NCBI GenBank assembly: GCA_964106915.2
Contig: OZ066919.1
Strand: one strand, 5' to 3'
Origin: Podarcis gaigeae
Taxonomy: Eukaryota
DNA: 64,000 nucleotides
A program made the position numbers and the translations under genes. Below the pieces are notes generated by a model that was given only the letters and a program-made list of their open reading frames with translations, made no database searches and was not told the origin of the DNA. Below, in pieces: positions 39,787-51,935 of the stretch. Numbering within the stretch: position 1 is the first letter of the stretch; the number at the start of each line of letters is the position of its first letter.

Positions 39787-42700
39787 GGAACCTCTCCTCC
39801 TTCACTCCTGAAGCCTCCTCTTCCCCCACCAGGAACAGTGCCTTGTCTCACGTACATGCTCATCCCATTTCAGGGCAGGAAATACGCCTTCTCTGCCAAT
39901 TGTTGCTGCTGTCCAATAGTCATACTGGCATCTCTCTCTCCTGACTATTCTGGAATGCCTTCCTCTGGCTGAAATCAGGGGGTCCTCTTGTGGTCCTAGA
40001 TACACAAACTGTACATGGTTACAAAAAAAACATCTTCTGCCTTCAGATTTTTTTTTTTTACAAACATATATTATTGTGCATTGTAACATTGGCTACTACC
40101 AGTCCTAGGGTGTGTGGCATTGTTCCTTCCCATTTTGACCACTTTATAATGAGAAATGCAGGTAGATTTGGATAACAGCATAGAGATAACCAAGGCATTA
40201 GTGCTACAGAACCTGGGACATCTAAGCACCTTTGAGAGTAAGTACACCTTCAACTCTGCAGCCATAATAGAGGCAGAAGCGGCAATATGCAGGTGGCTTA
40301 GCAACAAAATAAAGGAGAAATACAAAGGGAATATTTTTACTTTCATACAATTGAAGGAAGGAGTATGTTGCGTTTCTCTCTGTTGCATAGTGGGGTATGA
40401 ATGTGCTAAATATCTCTCTGCTTCTCTTAAATTCAGTTGTATGAAAGCTGGAGCTGCTGTTTGCTCACAGATGGGTTGTTCACTCTTGAGCAGCAAAGTT
40501 TTGGTGCCTTTATTTTTTCCCTCTCAGGTCATGCACAGATGTATGCTATGTCCATATTGAGCCACAAGTGCTGACTCCCACCAGCATGAGCTGATCGGCA
40601 GCTTTTGGTCTCTATTTCCCTGTGTTTTTTGTGTATAGTGGAGGCAAACCCTTCCCCACACAGAGGATGTAAACCCTGGATACCTGTTTCAGTGTCTTCT
40701 GAGGTCCTGTTCTATTTTTAAAATGCAAACTTTTAAATATGAAAACCTAGAGGAATTTTTCTCAGCTTCTAGGATAGTTTGATATAAAACTTGGGCCCAA
40801 GAGGCTTGGGGCATTCGTTTCTGGTTGACAAAGATGCAGGGGAAGGGTGGAATTCTGTACAACTTGTTGAGAATAGTGTGGTTAATGACCTTAGTTCTGG
40901 CCTCTGAACACTCTGGTAACAGGAACAGATGAGCTGTCAAGTTTGTGGTGTGGATTGTTTGTCAGTGAATTCATGTATGCCACTATCTCGGGCCAATGCC
41001 CGTTTTAACTCCAGTGTGGCAGTAGGCAGCTGCTTGTAGATTTCTGATGGAGGCTTGAGGCGTCCCAGGCCTCCAAGTGAAGATGAGAATCTTTAAGGAA
41101 GGTTCCAGTATCCCTGGATGTCCCTCTAGCAAATGATGGGACCACCAGTTTAGGACAGTATTAAATCTGACATTTTTAAATCATAGAAACTCTTTGTTAT
41201 TGCGTATATGAAGCGGATACTTTCAGGTGAAGAGAGCTGTCGTATTTTCTTCCCTCTCTTGATCATGCCGTTGACATAAACAAGGGAATGGAGCCTGGCC
41301 TGCCATTTACTCCAAACTCTACTAGTTGCCTATTTTCTAAAACTTATATGAGTAAATAGAAAAGAAGCACCCCAAATCTTTAAATCCCTGTGCTTCCATG
41401 TGTCTAATATTGGATGGGGAAAACTAGCTTTTTTGGGAGGTTGGGGTGCAGCAGGTTGCAGGGTGAGTTCTTCTATGCTGATTAAATCTTTCATATCAGA
41501 CCTTGTTAGGTCTTTGACTTTCTCTTATTTCCTTATTCTCTTTCTCCTCCTTGTGCTGAGAGAGAGGAATTCTCTCCTGCAAAAGGAAAATGGTGCTTCA
41601 TGAGGTGTGGGACCTCTACGCTAAGAAGACCCTCTTTGTACATTTTGTAATTTTCTTCTTCCCTAGTTTAATTATTGCCATTGCCCCAGCATTACAGAAC
41701 AGCAGCCTTTATGGAATCCTCTGGCATGTCTGCAGTCAAGCCACAAAGACTGAAGCATACAATCATCCCTTGTGTTGCAGTGTCCAGATTTTCTTGCAAC
41801 ATAAGGGCTGGTACAATACAAAAAGAAAGCTGACTAGCTAGTAGAAGGGCGGTTTTTCTCCAGTTTTCAGTCCAACTGTCTTTTAGGAGGACTTTTCCCA
41901 GTGATTCTTTTTTTAAAAACCACTCACCGAACATCACCATTCACACCATGTTTCTGGCCACAAGCTACTACTCCATAATAGTAGGCTTAGGATTCAGCTT
42001 CTGGCATGGTAGTGTTTTCCATAACTGACCATTACAGCAAGTCCTAGAATCAGTCACTGTAGCCCTTGAGTGTACAAACAGATCAACCCTCCATATCTCC
42101 CCAAGTTGGGATACGTGTATCTTGTATCACATTTGTGTCTTATAGGGATATTTTCTAATTTCTTAAAGATTTGTCCAAGGTCCTCAGCCAGTATAAATTG
42201 ACATTGTGTGGTGCATACCAGCTGAAGACCTGACCTTTGTGTCTAAGCCGTGGGCAAGGCCTAAAGAATGCTGCTTCAGACATGGGAAATATTCTATGTA
42301 GACGGATACTAGAAGCAGGAATAAAGGCCTCAGTAATAGTTCCAGGAAAAGAAATGGTAATTGTATACCATTGATCATGCAAATCACTTTCCACATGGCC
42401 CAAGTTCCTGTGAGTTTGTTTCTCTCTGTATTTATTTATAAATCTGTGTATAAGAGAGATAATATATAGGGTAGCCTCGTAGTACCACACTTGGCACAGC
42501 ACAGGAGAGGACTGTTGGGAGCAGCTGAACAGACAGCAGGTGCAGGATATTTCACACCCTTGTGGGTTTTCTACTTTTTTTTGGATACACCCGATGCATT
42601 GAAACCACAGTTATCCTGTATGACTAACTCTCTCAGACTCCTAGCTGCGTATTAGACATGACACATCCCTCCTCTGTGATGGAGCCCCCACAAAACAGAC

Positions 42701-43063
42701 TTCAAGCAGATGACTGGGGACCAGCAGAACTTGTGATTGGAAGAAGGGGAAGGGTCAGTCTTGGCTTGTACTAGCTTTGCATTTTGTGGCCTATGATTCC
42801 CCCACACATTTGTTTTGTGTAGGGGTGAGAAAAGAGCAGGTGTGGAATCTGTACAAGAGCTCAGTGTGAGAAGTGGTGTGATTAGTGATGCTCAATGAAG
42901 GGAATGCCAAAAATATACTCTGCCCTGTCCTGAAAATGCCACCATGTGGAGTAGAGACCAGCAGCCCTGGGCATGGTCTCCCAGTTCTCTCAATCATTTC
43001 CTCTTCCAGTGGCGGTATGTTGCATGTTTTTTCTCCTTTCCTGACGATTGTTAGTATGGTTCT

Positions 43064-43069
43064 AATAAA
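43064..43069 (+). terminator. Candidate SYPL2 polyadenylation signal (3' UTR ~3.3 kb)
   Basis: AATAAA followed by a T/GT-rich tract (~43105-43160); a second AATAAA lies at 42320-42325. Confidence 0.45.
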
Positions 43070-43624
43070 GTGTCGAGAGAGTTTGCTCTGAGGGAGAGCT
43101 GACTTTGGGCTGGTTTTCTTTGTCCTTGCCTTCTGTTTCTACTTCGATCTCTTTTGCAGCCCAGTTCATAAAATACTGTTATCTCGTTGATTATTTATTG
43201 CTATGCTGGCTATCAGCTGCATGAAAGGTTTTTGGGAGCCCTCATTTCTTCTGCACCAACCGCAGGTGGCACTGTATACATTACACCAACATATGACATG
43301 GTCTGAAGATGTAGGTCTGGGCATTGCCTGGAAGGCGCCATGCATTTACTGCCTTGGGTTCCATGACAGAAGAAAGGTTGTGATATTAATGTAAGAGAAC
43401 AAATGCACATCCCGACATTTCATATCTCTTTGATGGATGATTTCTGCCTTTTCTAAGACTCTGTGCCGACAATAGGTAATAAAGACCCGCAAGTGATATT
43501 GTAGGCATGCAATTGCTTGTGGTATATATTTGGTTGAATCCAGCTAAGTCATTATGCGTGTGCAACAGAACTCCCCCTCCCTCATCTTCCACCACATGCC
43601 TGCTACACCATCCCCTAATCTACT

Positions 43625-43771
43625 CCAGAGGGTTTGCAACCTTTCTCAACCTGTGGGTCTCCAGATGTTGAACTACAACTCCCATCACTCCTAGCTAGCA
43701 AGGCTAGAGCTCAGGGATGATGGGAGTTGTAGTCCAACAACATCTGGGGACGCACAGGTTAAGAACCGCTG
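43625..43771. mobile_element. Palindromic hAT (MER5/Charlie-like) MITE
   Basis: ACTACAACTCCCATCA...TGATGGGAGTTGTAGT fold-back; related copies at 56249-56363 and ~27940-28052. Confidence 0.75.
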
Positions 43772-43779
43772 GTTTAGAG

Positions 43780-44033
43780 CATGGGTGGGCAAACTAAGGC
43801 CCGGGGGCCTGATGCGGCCCAATCACCTTCTAAATGTAGGCCGCGGACGGTCTGGGAATCCGCATGTTTTTACATGCGTAGAATGTGTGCTTCTTTTAAA
43901 AATGTATCTCTGGGTTATTTGTGGGGCATAGGAATTCATTCTTTTTCTTTTTTCTTCCAAATATAGTCCAGCCTTTCACAAGGTCTGAGGGACAGTAGAC
44001 CAGCCCCCTGCTGAAAAAGTTTGCTGACCCCTG
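43780..44033 (-). mobile_element. hAT-type MITE family D, copy 2
   Basis: TIRs CATGGGTGGGCAAACT / AGTTTGCTGACCCCTG; perfect 8-bp TSD GTTTAGAG. Confidence 0.9.
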
Positions 44034-44562
44034 GTTTAGAGGACCCACCAAGCAAATCTGTGGAAGGAGAGAGGAGGTTCTGTGACACTTACAATTTATT
44101 TGGATGCCACCCATTAATCTGTGTCCCATCATAGTCCCTGCTCAAACTAGTTTAGTAGGTTGCTGAGGAGTAGTAGTGCGCTTACTCCAAGGTGGCTTAC
44201 AGAGAGGTCAGCAACCCACAAAAATGTTAGTATTAGATAGATGCAGTAGATAGATGGGTGACTGATAGGGATGCTTAGTGAGTAGAATCCATGATAAATA
44301 ACACATCCTTTCTTTTTCCATGTCCACAGCATTTGGGAAATTTAAAGATTGAAGGGTTTGCTTTTGAATGGGAGTTGAGTATCCTCATTGGAAAGAAGAA
44401 AAAATACAGATTTTTCTTAGATGTGAAACTGACTACACTAGAAATTGATTGCAGCAGTCTACTTTAACCACTTCAGGTGTCTTTTTGACTTGCAGAGAGG
44501 CATTTCCCATGCACCCTTTAGATTTGTATGGTTGTTATGTGGATAGTGTCATTATAAAGGGT

Positions 44563-44580
44563 AGCCACTAGGTGGCACTG
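44563..44580 (+). promoter_or_regulatory. Candidate CTCF site
   Basis: CCACTAGGTGGCAC matches the CTCF core consensus CCASYAGRKGGCRS exactly. Confidence 0.55.
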
Positions 44581-46226
44581 GGCTTAGTTGCTTCTGTGTG
44601 GAGTAAAGAGTTTCCTAGGAATGTTCTTGTTCCAAGGGGGACAGTAAATTCATTGTCTAGTTCCCTGACTGGTGCATCCTGCAGCTCTTCCATGAGTTTT
44701 CAATGCTGGACTAGGGCTAGTTCTGCAGTAGTGGTAAAGAAAAATAGGTCCTGTTCTTCTAGATAAATAACTGTCTGTACTCAGCTGAAAGCACAATTTC
44801 TTTTTCCACTGATAACTATGTTGTTATGATTTCAGTAGTCAGATCCAGAGATTTTCAAAAGCCACCAGAACTTCATCCGAGAGGTGAATAAACAAGAGAT
44901 AGCCATTTACAGGTTTCTGTCCTACTCTTCCTCGGCACTGGACCTATACGTGGAGGAAAGGCTATCCTTTCTTTTCCTTACAATAACTCGGTGGCATAGA
45001 GTGGTGGGAGAGAGGGAAAGATAAGGCAAGGGTCATCAAGGCTGAGTAAGGAGATCTGAACCAACGTCTTTACATTCTGTGCTACACTGCACTGATTTTT
45101 CCACACACACAAAATCAAACCGAGAAAACGCCTACAAATACTGAAGTGGATAAATATTGCTGCTTTGTTAACATAGGTTTAAATCTGTTTTATTTCTTTC
45201 CCTCTCTTGCTGAATATAGAATTGGGAAAGAGGAGAAACCGATTCAGAGCAACTGAAAAGTAACAAGAGAGGGGCAAGAAAGTTTGTAAAAATAAGTGAA
45301 ATCCTCAACCAATTTTACCTCTGGTTTCTGGCTCACCAGCAGATCCATAACTACTCTTAAATCGATCGGTATTATGAGGACTAGAAACTTGCTTTTTCTT
45401 TTTCTTTTTAGGTAAGAAATTTTAAGGATTCTGAAGGATTTTACAGATGCTATTGTAGATGCCAAATTCCTTTACTTGCGGCATAAATAGGCATCATGTA
45501 TGTTATCAGCTTCCCTGCAAAATGGTTCAGATAATGCTGTGTTCTACTGCATCCTCTGTCTCCTGTTGCTTTCCAGAGAAATTTAGAGATCTTCCCTACC
45601 TTGGCTAATTTCTCTCCTGTGATGCCAAGAGCGTCAAGGGGAAACGATGACTGAATAATGAGAACAAAAAGAGTCTCATTGGCACATCGACAAGAAATGC
45701 GTTCTGATATTGATTCTATTGGGTCAGCTTCATTTCCATGTGGGAACTTAGGTTAGATTATGACCATGTCACAGTCCATTCAGCTGCATTCACAGCTGGG
45801 TCTTCAGCCCAGGTTTCCCTGCTCAAATTCCCACATTCATTTTTACAAACTGGTTTGGAGCAGCATTGCTGTTTGAAAGAAGGGGGCATGTTATTTGTAC
45901 AGCATACACAAATGATTGCAACGATAATGCATACACATCTAGCCTGATTGTTTTAAATTTAATATCCATATATAAACATACAATTGCAACTGGCAATTGC
46001 TTATCAAGTCTGTAAAAAACAACAACCCAAAGGTAAATAATTGCTGCTGCAATAGTTTAGAAATCAAACAATCCCAAGTTCAGTCACAAACATCAGCCTG
46101 GTCCCATTAGAAATGCCTAATATATCTCAGCTCCTATTGTACAGTATACAAGTCTTCATCATCTTCAATGTACTGTCAAGAAGGATCACCCATGATTCAG
46201 ATATACAAATTTAATATATAAATAAG

Positions 46227-46390
46227 CAGTGATTTTTCTAAAAAAAAAAAGTTTAGGGGTACTGTCATTTTGACTCAAGAAAAGCACCATTTTATAGTTC
46301 AAACTGGGAAAAATAAATACAGTAAATGGACAAAAGTACAAAGGTTCACAAAATGTTTAGGGGTATGCGTACCCCCAGAAAAAAGCACTG
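46227..46390 (+). mobile_element. hAT-type MITE family A, copy 2
   Basis: Same TIRs; perfect 8-bp TSD TAAATAAG. Confidence 0.9.
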
Positions 46391-48439
46391 TAAATAAGTA
46401 AATAGGGCGTTGCTGCTCTCGTGAAGTTTTAGAATAATGGAAACTTTAGACGAAAGGAAAAGATTTTCTGAACAAAATGAGAGAGACTTTTTATATTCTG
46501 GATTTTTTAACTGACATGATAGCTTTATCCAATTTCAATTGTTTGTATGTGGCCATTCTATTACAGTACTGATTCGATTGAATGTGTGTATTATTAGGTA
46601 AATCTTCTGTGAGTACAATGATGTGTCTTGGAGTTGTATCTTTAAGGGTTTGTGTCATTACTTTGACCCCATGTATGAACAGTTAACCTGGAAAATATTG
46701 CTCACCTTTTATCACTTGTTATAAACAACTGAGAGCTTGAGCTTTTGGAGTTTTTTTGTTTTAATATAAAATTACGTAGTTTTAAACCCTGTGAAGATGA
46801 TCTTGATGATCGTATTCCTGTGTACATACCTGCCACACCCAGAAGCAAGAAGGCAAATAAAAAAAAAGAACCACAGGTTTTTCAAATGCTGTGAACTTAA
46901 ATATATCTGATTTAATAGTTAGAGAATGAATATCAGGCTTTGTTTATACAGCTGCCAGCATGAAAGGAACAAGATGCCTGCCCTCCTGTACATTCATGTG
47001 GCCTTTGAAAGTATTATCCGTGCCTTAAAAAGTGAAGATGTTGACATGTCCTTGCTGCTCCAGAACATTTAGACCATTATTGGCACCATGAGCTTCTTCC
47101 AGAAGGGGCAAAATCAAAATCTGAGCAATGCATTAAAAACCCTGAGTTCTGCTGAGGAACTCTATAACACTAGCCTTGATTCTTGCATGTTCCTCATTGT
47201 AAAGGATATCCTGTTTCTGCTTTCATTTCTGGTTTGGGGGTTCTTTTGTTGTTGTTGTTTGGTGGTTATACAATGTACAGTTTCCAGCATGCAACAACTG
47301 TATTATCATCCTTCCTAAACAAAGAAAAGGGGGTGGAGGAGGAAGAAGAAAGGAAAGGAGAACTTGACAGTATTATTTTCTACATGCTTAAGCCGTTGAG
47401 GTTGTTTCCATTAAAGACTAAGAAAAATATATCTTGCTTTCCTTGGTGGCTTTGCAACATCCTGTGTGCTGATGGGTGCTTCCTGCCTCCTTAAACCTGG
47501 GGCAGTTTGAGCTTGTGTCAACAGTGGCAAGGTGTTATTATCTTAGTTTGCTTTTCAGAATATTATCAGGAAATCAAAAAGTGGAGCAACGAAACAGAGG
47601 GGACTGGTCTCCTATTGTATTTGTGCACTTAGGGAAATTTCAGTCCAATGCCTGCATGGGGTGCCATTGCAGCTCTGTACCCAAGATTTATAAACATTCC
47701 CTTTTATAGCACATCAGGGCCAGATAGTGTAGCAGAAGCCATCCTGAGGAAAGACACACAAAATGCTAATTACAAAAACCTGCCTACAATCGTGCAGTAA
47801 CTCCCAATGTTTTTTTATGGTTTATACTCACACGGGTAGGTGTGTATAGGATAGTAGCTGTTTGGAGGATGAATTCTCCATTTGGATAATTTTGTCATCT
47901 TCCAACTCTGTGCAAGGGAGTGACCAGGATTCCACGTTTAGCTGTAGGGCAGATTTATTTCAAGGCATTACAAAACTAGCAATTTAATTCCAGTGTCAGT
48001 GCCTTTCATAATAATCCCTAGCATGAAGTTTGGCATGCTAGGAAATTTCCTGGTTGTCCTATTTATATTGTTTCCAATATTTATATCCTGTCTGTCTATG
48101 AGAATTAATCAGGGAAATGAACATGTTCAATTTATAATATATTTAAAAAATAATAACAACTATCACTAAAAACAAGCAGGTAAAAAAGTCAAATCTTGTT
48201 TTAATGCAGCATCCCAAAAGGCTTGCTGAAAGGTAAACTGATGAAGCCAGGTAGGCCTCTCTTGGGAGGCTATTCCAAATTCTGGCAGTTCAACCAAAAG
48301 GCTCTGGCCTGTTTTGTCCACCCATGATGTATTTTACAGGAGGGGCAGTTGGGGAAGGGCTTCAAGTGATGCTTTAGATACTCTGGTTAACATGCTGACT
48401 TGCATGATACTATAAGCCAGGTGCATCCAATAAAGTGGA

Positions 48440-48745
48440 AGGATGCAAGATTTGGGTCAGACAAAATAAGTACTTCACACAGTCAGTTAAACTGGATCTG
48501 CTCCTAGACAATGTGCTGATGGCCACCAACTTGGATGGTTTTAAAAGAGGAGTAGAGAAATTAATGGAGGATAATGCTATTGAGGGTTGCTCACTATGCT
48601 GTTTTACTACTAGTGTCAATATCCCTCTGAACAAGCCGCTGGGAATTGCAAGTGGGGCGATTGTTGTTGCCTATGGGAAATTTGCAAGGAGGACCTGAGT
48701 GCACCTAGATGGATCTTTGGCCTGATCCAGCAGGGCTCTTACGTT
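48440..48745 (+). mobile_element. CR1 LINE 3' fragment
   Basis: GATGGCCACCAACTTGGATGGTTTTAAAAGAGGA...CTAGATGGATCTTTGGCCTGATCCAGCAGGGCTCTT. Confidence 0.65.
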
Positions 48746-49126
48746 TCAAACCGTCCTCGTGTAGAGTGCATTACAGTAATCCAATCTGGCCTATCCGATT
48801 GTGTTCCTGAATGTGTAGTTTATTTCCGTCAGGCACAGAGTACTGCATAAGAACAGAGGGAGAGACTTGCTGGATCATTCCAATGGTCCCTCTTCTCCAG
48901 CATTCTGATTTCAACAGTGGCTGTGCAAATGCTTCCATGAGGCAAGGCTACGGTCAGGGCATGAAGGTCAACTGTTCTCCCCAGGCATCTTCTATTCAAA
49001 ACTAAACTGCCTCTGAACTTGGAGGCTCCAGTTACTGTTGGTGCTTTATATCACTCAGAGACATTTCCTTTATGAATTTATGTAACTCTCCTTTAAAGCT
49101 ATCAGTACATATGGTGGTAGTGAGTT

Positions 49127-49252
49127 ACAGAATTGTCGAGTTGGACTGAGGATTGTCTAGTCCAACCCCCTGCAAAAAATGCAGCTGTCCCACATGGGGA
49201 TGGAACCTGTGACCTTGGTGTTATCAGCACCACGCTCTAACCAACTGAGCTA
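49127..49252 (-). mobile_element. tRNA-Ile-derived SINE with CR1-like 3' tail
   Basis: Minus strand TAGCTCAGTTGGTTAGAGCGTGGTGCTGATAACACCAAGGTCACAGGTTCCATCCCC then GCAGGGGGTTGGACTAGA...TCCAACTC tail; tail-only pieces at ~25279-25326 and ~4825-4850. Confidence 0.8.
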
Positions 49253-50999
49253 TACAAGTTTGTTATGGGTTGTGTGAGGAAACGCTTCCTATTGCCTACT
49301 CTGATAATTTACAGCTTGATTATCAGAAAGAAATCCACAGATTTTATGTACAAATGTTTTTCAACAGTCATTAGCAGGCATTTCTCTCGTACAATCAAGC
49401 ACACTTTCATATCATCCAATAAAATAAGTTTTTTAAACATTGTTATTGTTTCTATCATTTGTTGCTAACCGCCCTGGAGCTGCTTTGGGAGGAAGGTTGG
49501 GATATAAATTTAAAACATCAAGGGGAAGTTAGGCAGAAAAGAAAAAAGACAATGTGTTTGCCTTTTCTGTGTGAAATATTTTTAAAGCTCGTAACAAACA
49601 AAAGAATCCCAACAATTAGGGTGTCCTTTGCCATGTGTCAATTTCCTTCCAATTTTCCAAACTGAATGACTGGCATTTACAGAATAAATATGACACAGAC
49701 AGCACAATGAACTTTAACAACAAGAAAAGCAACCAGGGAACCCCAAACCATAATGAAATCACAATACAAAATAATCTGAGGGGTTGTGGTTCATAGCAAA
49801 GGAGGGCATCTTATAGAATCACAAATTTATTATACTGTAGCATGAACTTTCAAGGTCTACAATGCATGTGGGTGTGTCCCCCCCCATTATAATGTGGTTT
49901 GTGTCATGGCCAGAGGACATTGCGTGCATGAGTGTCTAAAAAACTGCTGCACTATCACAATCTCTAAACTGTGTGGCACATTTTTAAAAGCATTTGTTAC
50001 AATGTTAACCTTCCCGCAACTTGCTACGAACTCTGACCATGTGCTTCTTCCCCCGAAACCCTCTTCAGAGAAATTCAGTTTGTTCTTTCCGCAGGTGACT
50101 CCCGCTGCTGTTTAAAAGGCCTAACTGCAGGCTAACCCCATTGTTAGAATGTGGGTGCCTTCAAAAGACGTAAACGAAATAACATCTGTACTGAACAGCA
50201 TTCTCTTTTGAGTTTCACGAGGTAATACAAAATGCAGCATTATATGCATTCTTAGTAAGAAGGGCAGGGACCTAGAGCAGTTCCTTGCACCTTGTGTGCA
50301 TAGGCATATAAGCAAGAAAACCTTCCCTGCAATGTAATTCTGGCATTCCACAGCGTTTTGAAGCCTATCTTGATTCATTATAATAACCTCTTAATGGCAG
50401 AAAACCTCACAGAGGAGATGTATTATAACTCTTATTTTAAATATTGGCACTGAAGTGGGGGAGATGGGGGGTTAGGAGCATGGATTTGGGAGAGGGGAAA
50501 ATCACCAAGGAGCAGCAGCAGCAGGCCCTGTTATTAAACTCTACCACAGCCTCCTAAGCAGAGTGACACCCTGAAGGAGAAATATTGCCGTGCAGAGACT
50601 TTAGCAACAACCCTTACAAGGGAGAAAATATTCATTAGGAAAAGAGCAAAGTGATGGATGAATTCATTGTGCAGGCTGGACGGGAGAATGCTGGCTGGCA
50701 CGCAAGATATTGATCTACACGTGTGTGGGGGGGGGAGTCTGTGGAGCAGTGGAAAAGCTTTCAGGGATGCAAAAGGTTCCCTGGCTTGCAATTCTTCCCG
50801 TGGGAGCCTTCTGTCTCTGTGGCAGAAGATCCAGACCAGCTGAGCAGGCCTAGTGCTCTCAGGAACAGAATGTTGTCGACCTTTTTAGGGGGGGGCGGAC
50901 CCCAAAGTTGTTGACCTTTTTAAGGAAAGGTTCCCCAGAGTTGTTGACCTGAACTTGGGAATTCCACAAGATTTCACTACAGGGAAGGAGAGGCAAGAG

Positions 51000-51830
51000 C
51001 TGGGGGTGGGGTGGGGAACCTACCCCTTCCTTTACTGGATAGAAAGTGGGACAGAGGAAAGCAGGAAGGAGAGGGCATTTAACCCAGCGACGGAGAGGAG
51101 AGGAGGGTGGGGGTCAGGAAGCTGAGCCGGGGCAGAAATAGCGCCGCTCCTCCCGTCCACGCAGGCTTCCCTGATCCCCTCGAAGTGAGTGGGCGGGTGA
51201 GTGAGGCGGGACAGTAGCAGATTGTCCTCGCCCACGACCACACACGCAGCGTGCGGGGTGAGCGTTTGCAGCCCGCTGCATTTCACCACGCTACTTAAAG
51301 GGAGAAATAAAAGTGCATTTGGGCGCAGCTAAGCACGGGTCTGGGGGGCGGGTAGCCAAACGCCTTGGGCAGACCCCATGAAATAATTCGCTCAGAGTTC
51401 AGCTGGGTCTCCAGAAAAGAGCATGGACTGAGTCGCAGGGGCAGCAGCCAAAGCAGCTCTTTCTGCTCCTGGGTGAGGAGGGGAGTCTTTGCAAACGCTT
51501 TGGAGTTCCCTTCTGCCTGCCGGGAAGCCGCCCGAAAAGGGAGAGGCGGGGTCTTCGCTTGCTGGTGGGGAGCTTTGGTAGGGAGCTGCTGGGAGAGGCT
51601 TCAGCTTCGCCGACGAAACCGTTCCCACCCTCTTCGGGGCTTGGGAGGCAAGCTGCACGCTCCGGCGTGCAGGGAAAAGGGAGGCCGCAGGCGAAGCCGC
51701 GCAACTCCCCCCCTCGCTGGGCCGCCCCTAGTGGTGCAGCGCCCACTAAGCTCTATGGGAAAGACGTCTCTGAGCGCGCACCTTGCTTGGCAGGCACGCT
51801 CTGGCTGCAGTGCAGTCCCACAGCACTGAT
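51000..51830. promoter_or_regulatory. Orphan CpG island ~2 kb upstream of ATXN7L2
   Basis: CpG-rich, not repeat-derived as far as visible; GC boxes (~51343, ~51545); no recognisable coding exon. Confidence 0.6.
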
Positions 51831-51935
51831 GTGGAAGTAAACTCCACTTAACTGCACTTTACTTCAGAGTAAATGCACTTAGGATTGGGGCGTTCACAAG
51901 TGCCTTAATCTTCAGTCATTACTGTTACTCTATCC

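Noticed and set aside
44760-45950. Endogenous viral element or hidden gene on the minus strand
   Set aside because: The parts I translated by hand gave only short frames with no recognisable motif; unsupported without BLASTX
49180-49254. Functional tRNA-Ile(GAT) gene
   Set aside because: No acceptor stem, mutated T-loop/B-box and a fused CR1-type tail; it is a SINE
50872-50950. CRISPR-like repeat-spacer pattern
   Set aside because: Only three 11-16 bp repeats, and the intervening sequences are related to each other; a degenerate tandem repeat
51365-51840. 154-aa and overlapping ORFs in the orphan CpG island
   Set aside because: TTG start, GC-driven openness, no homology recognised
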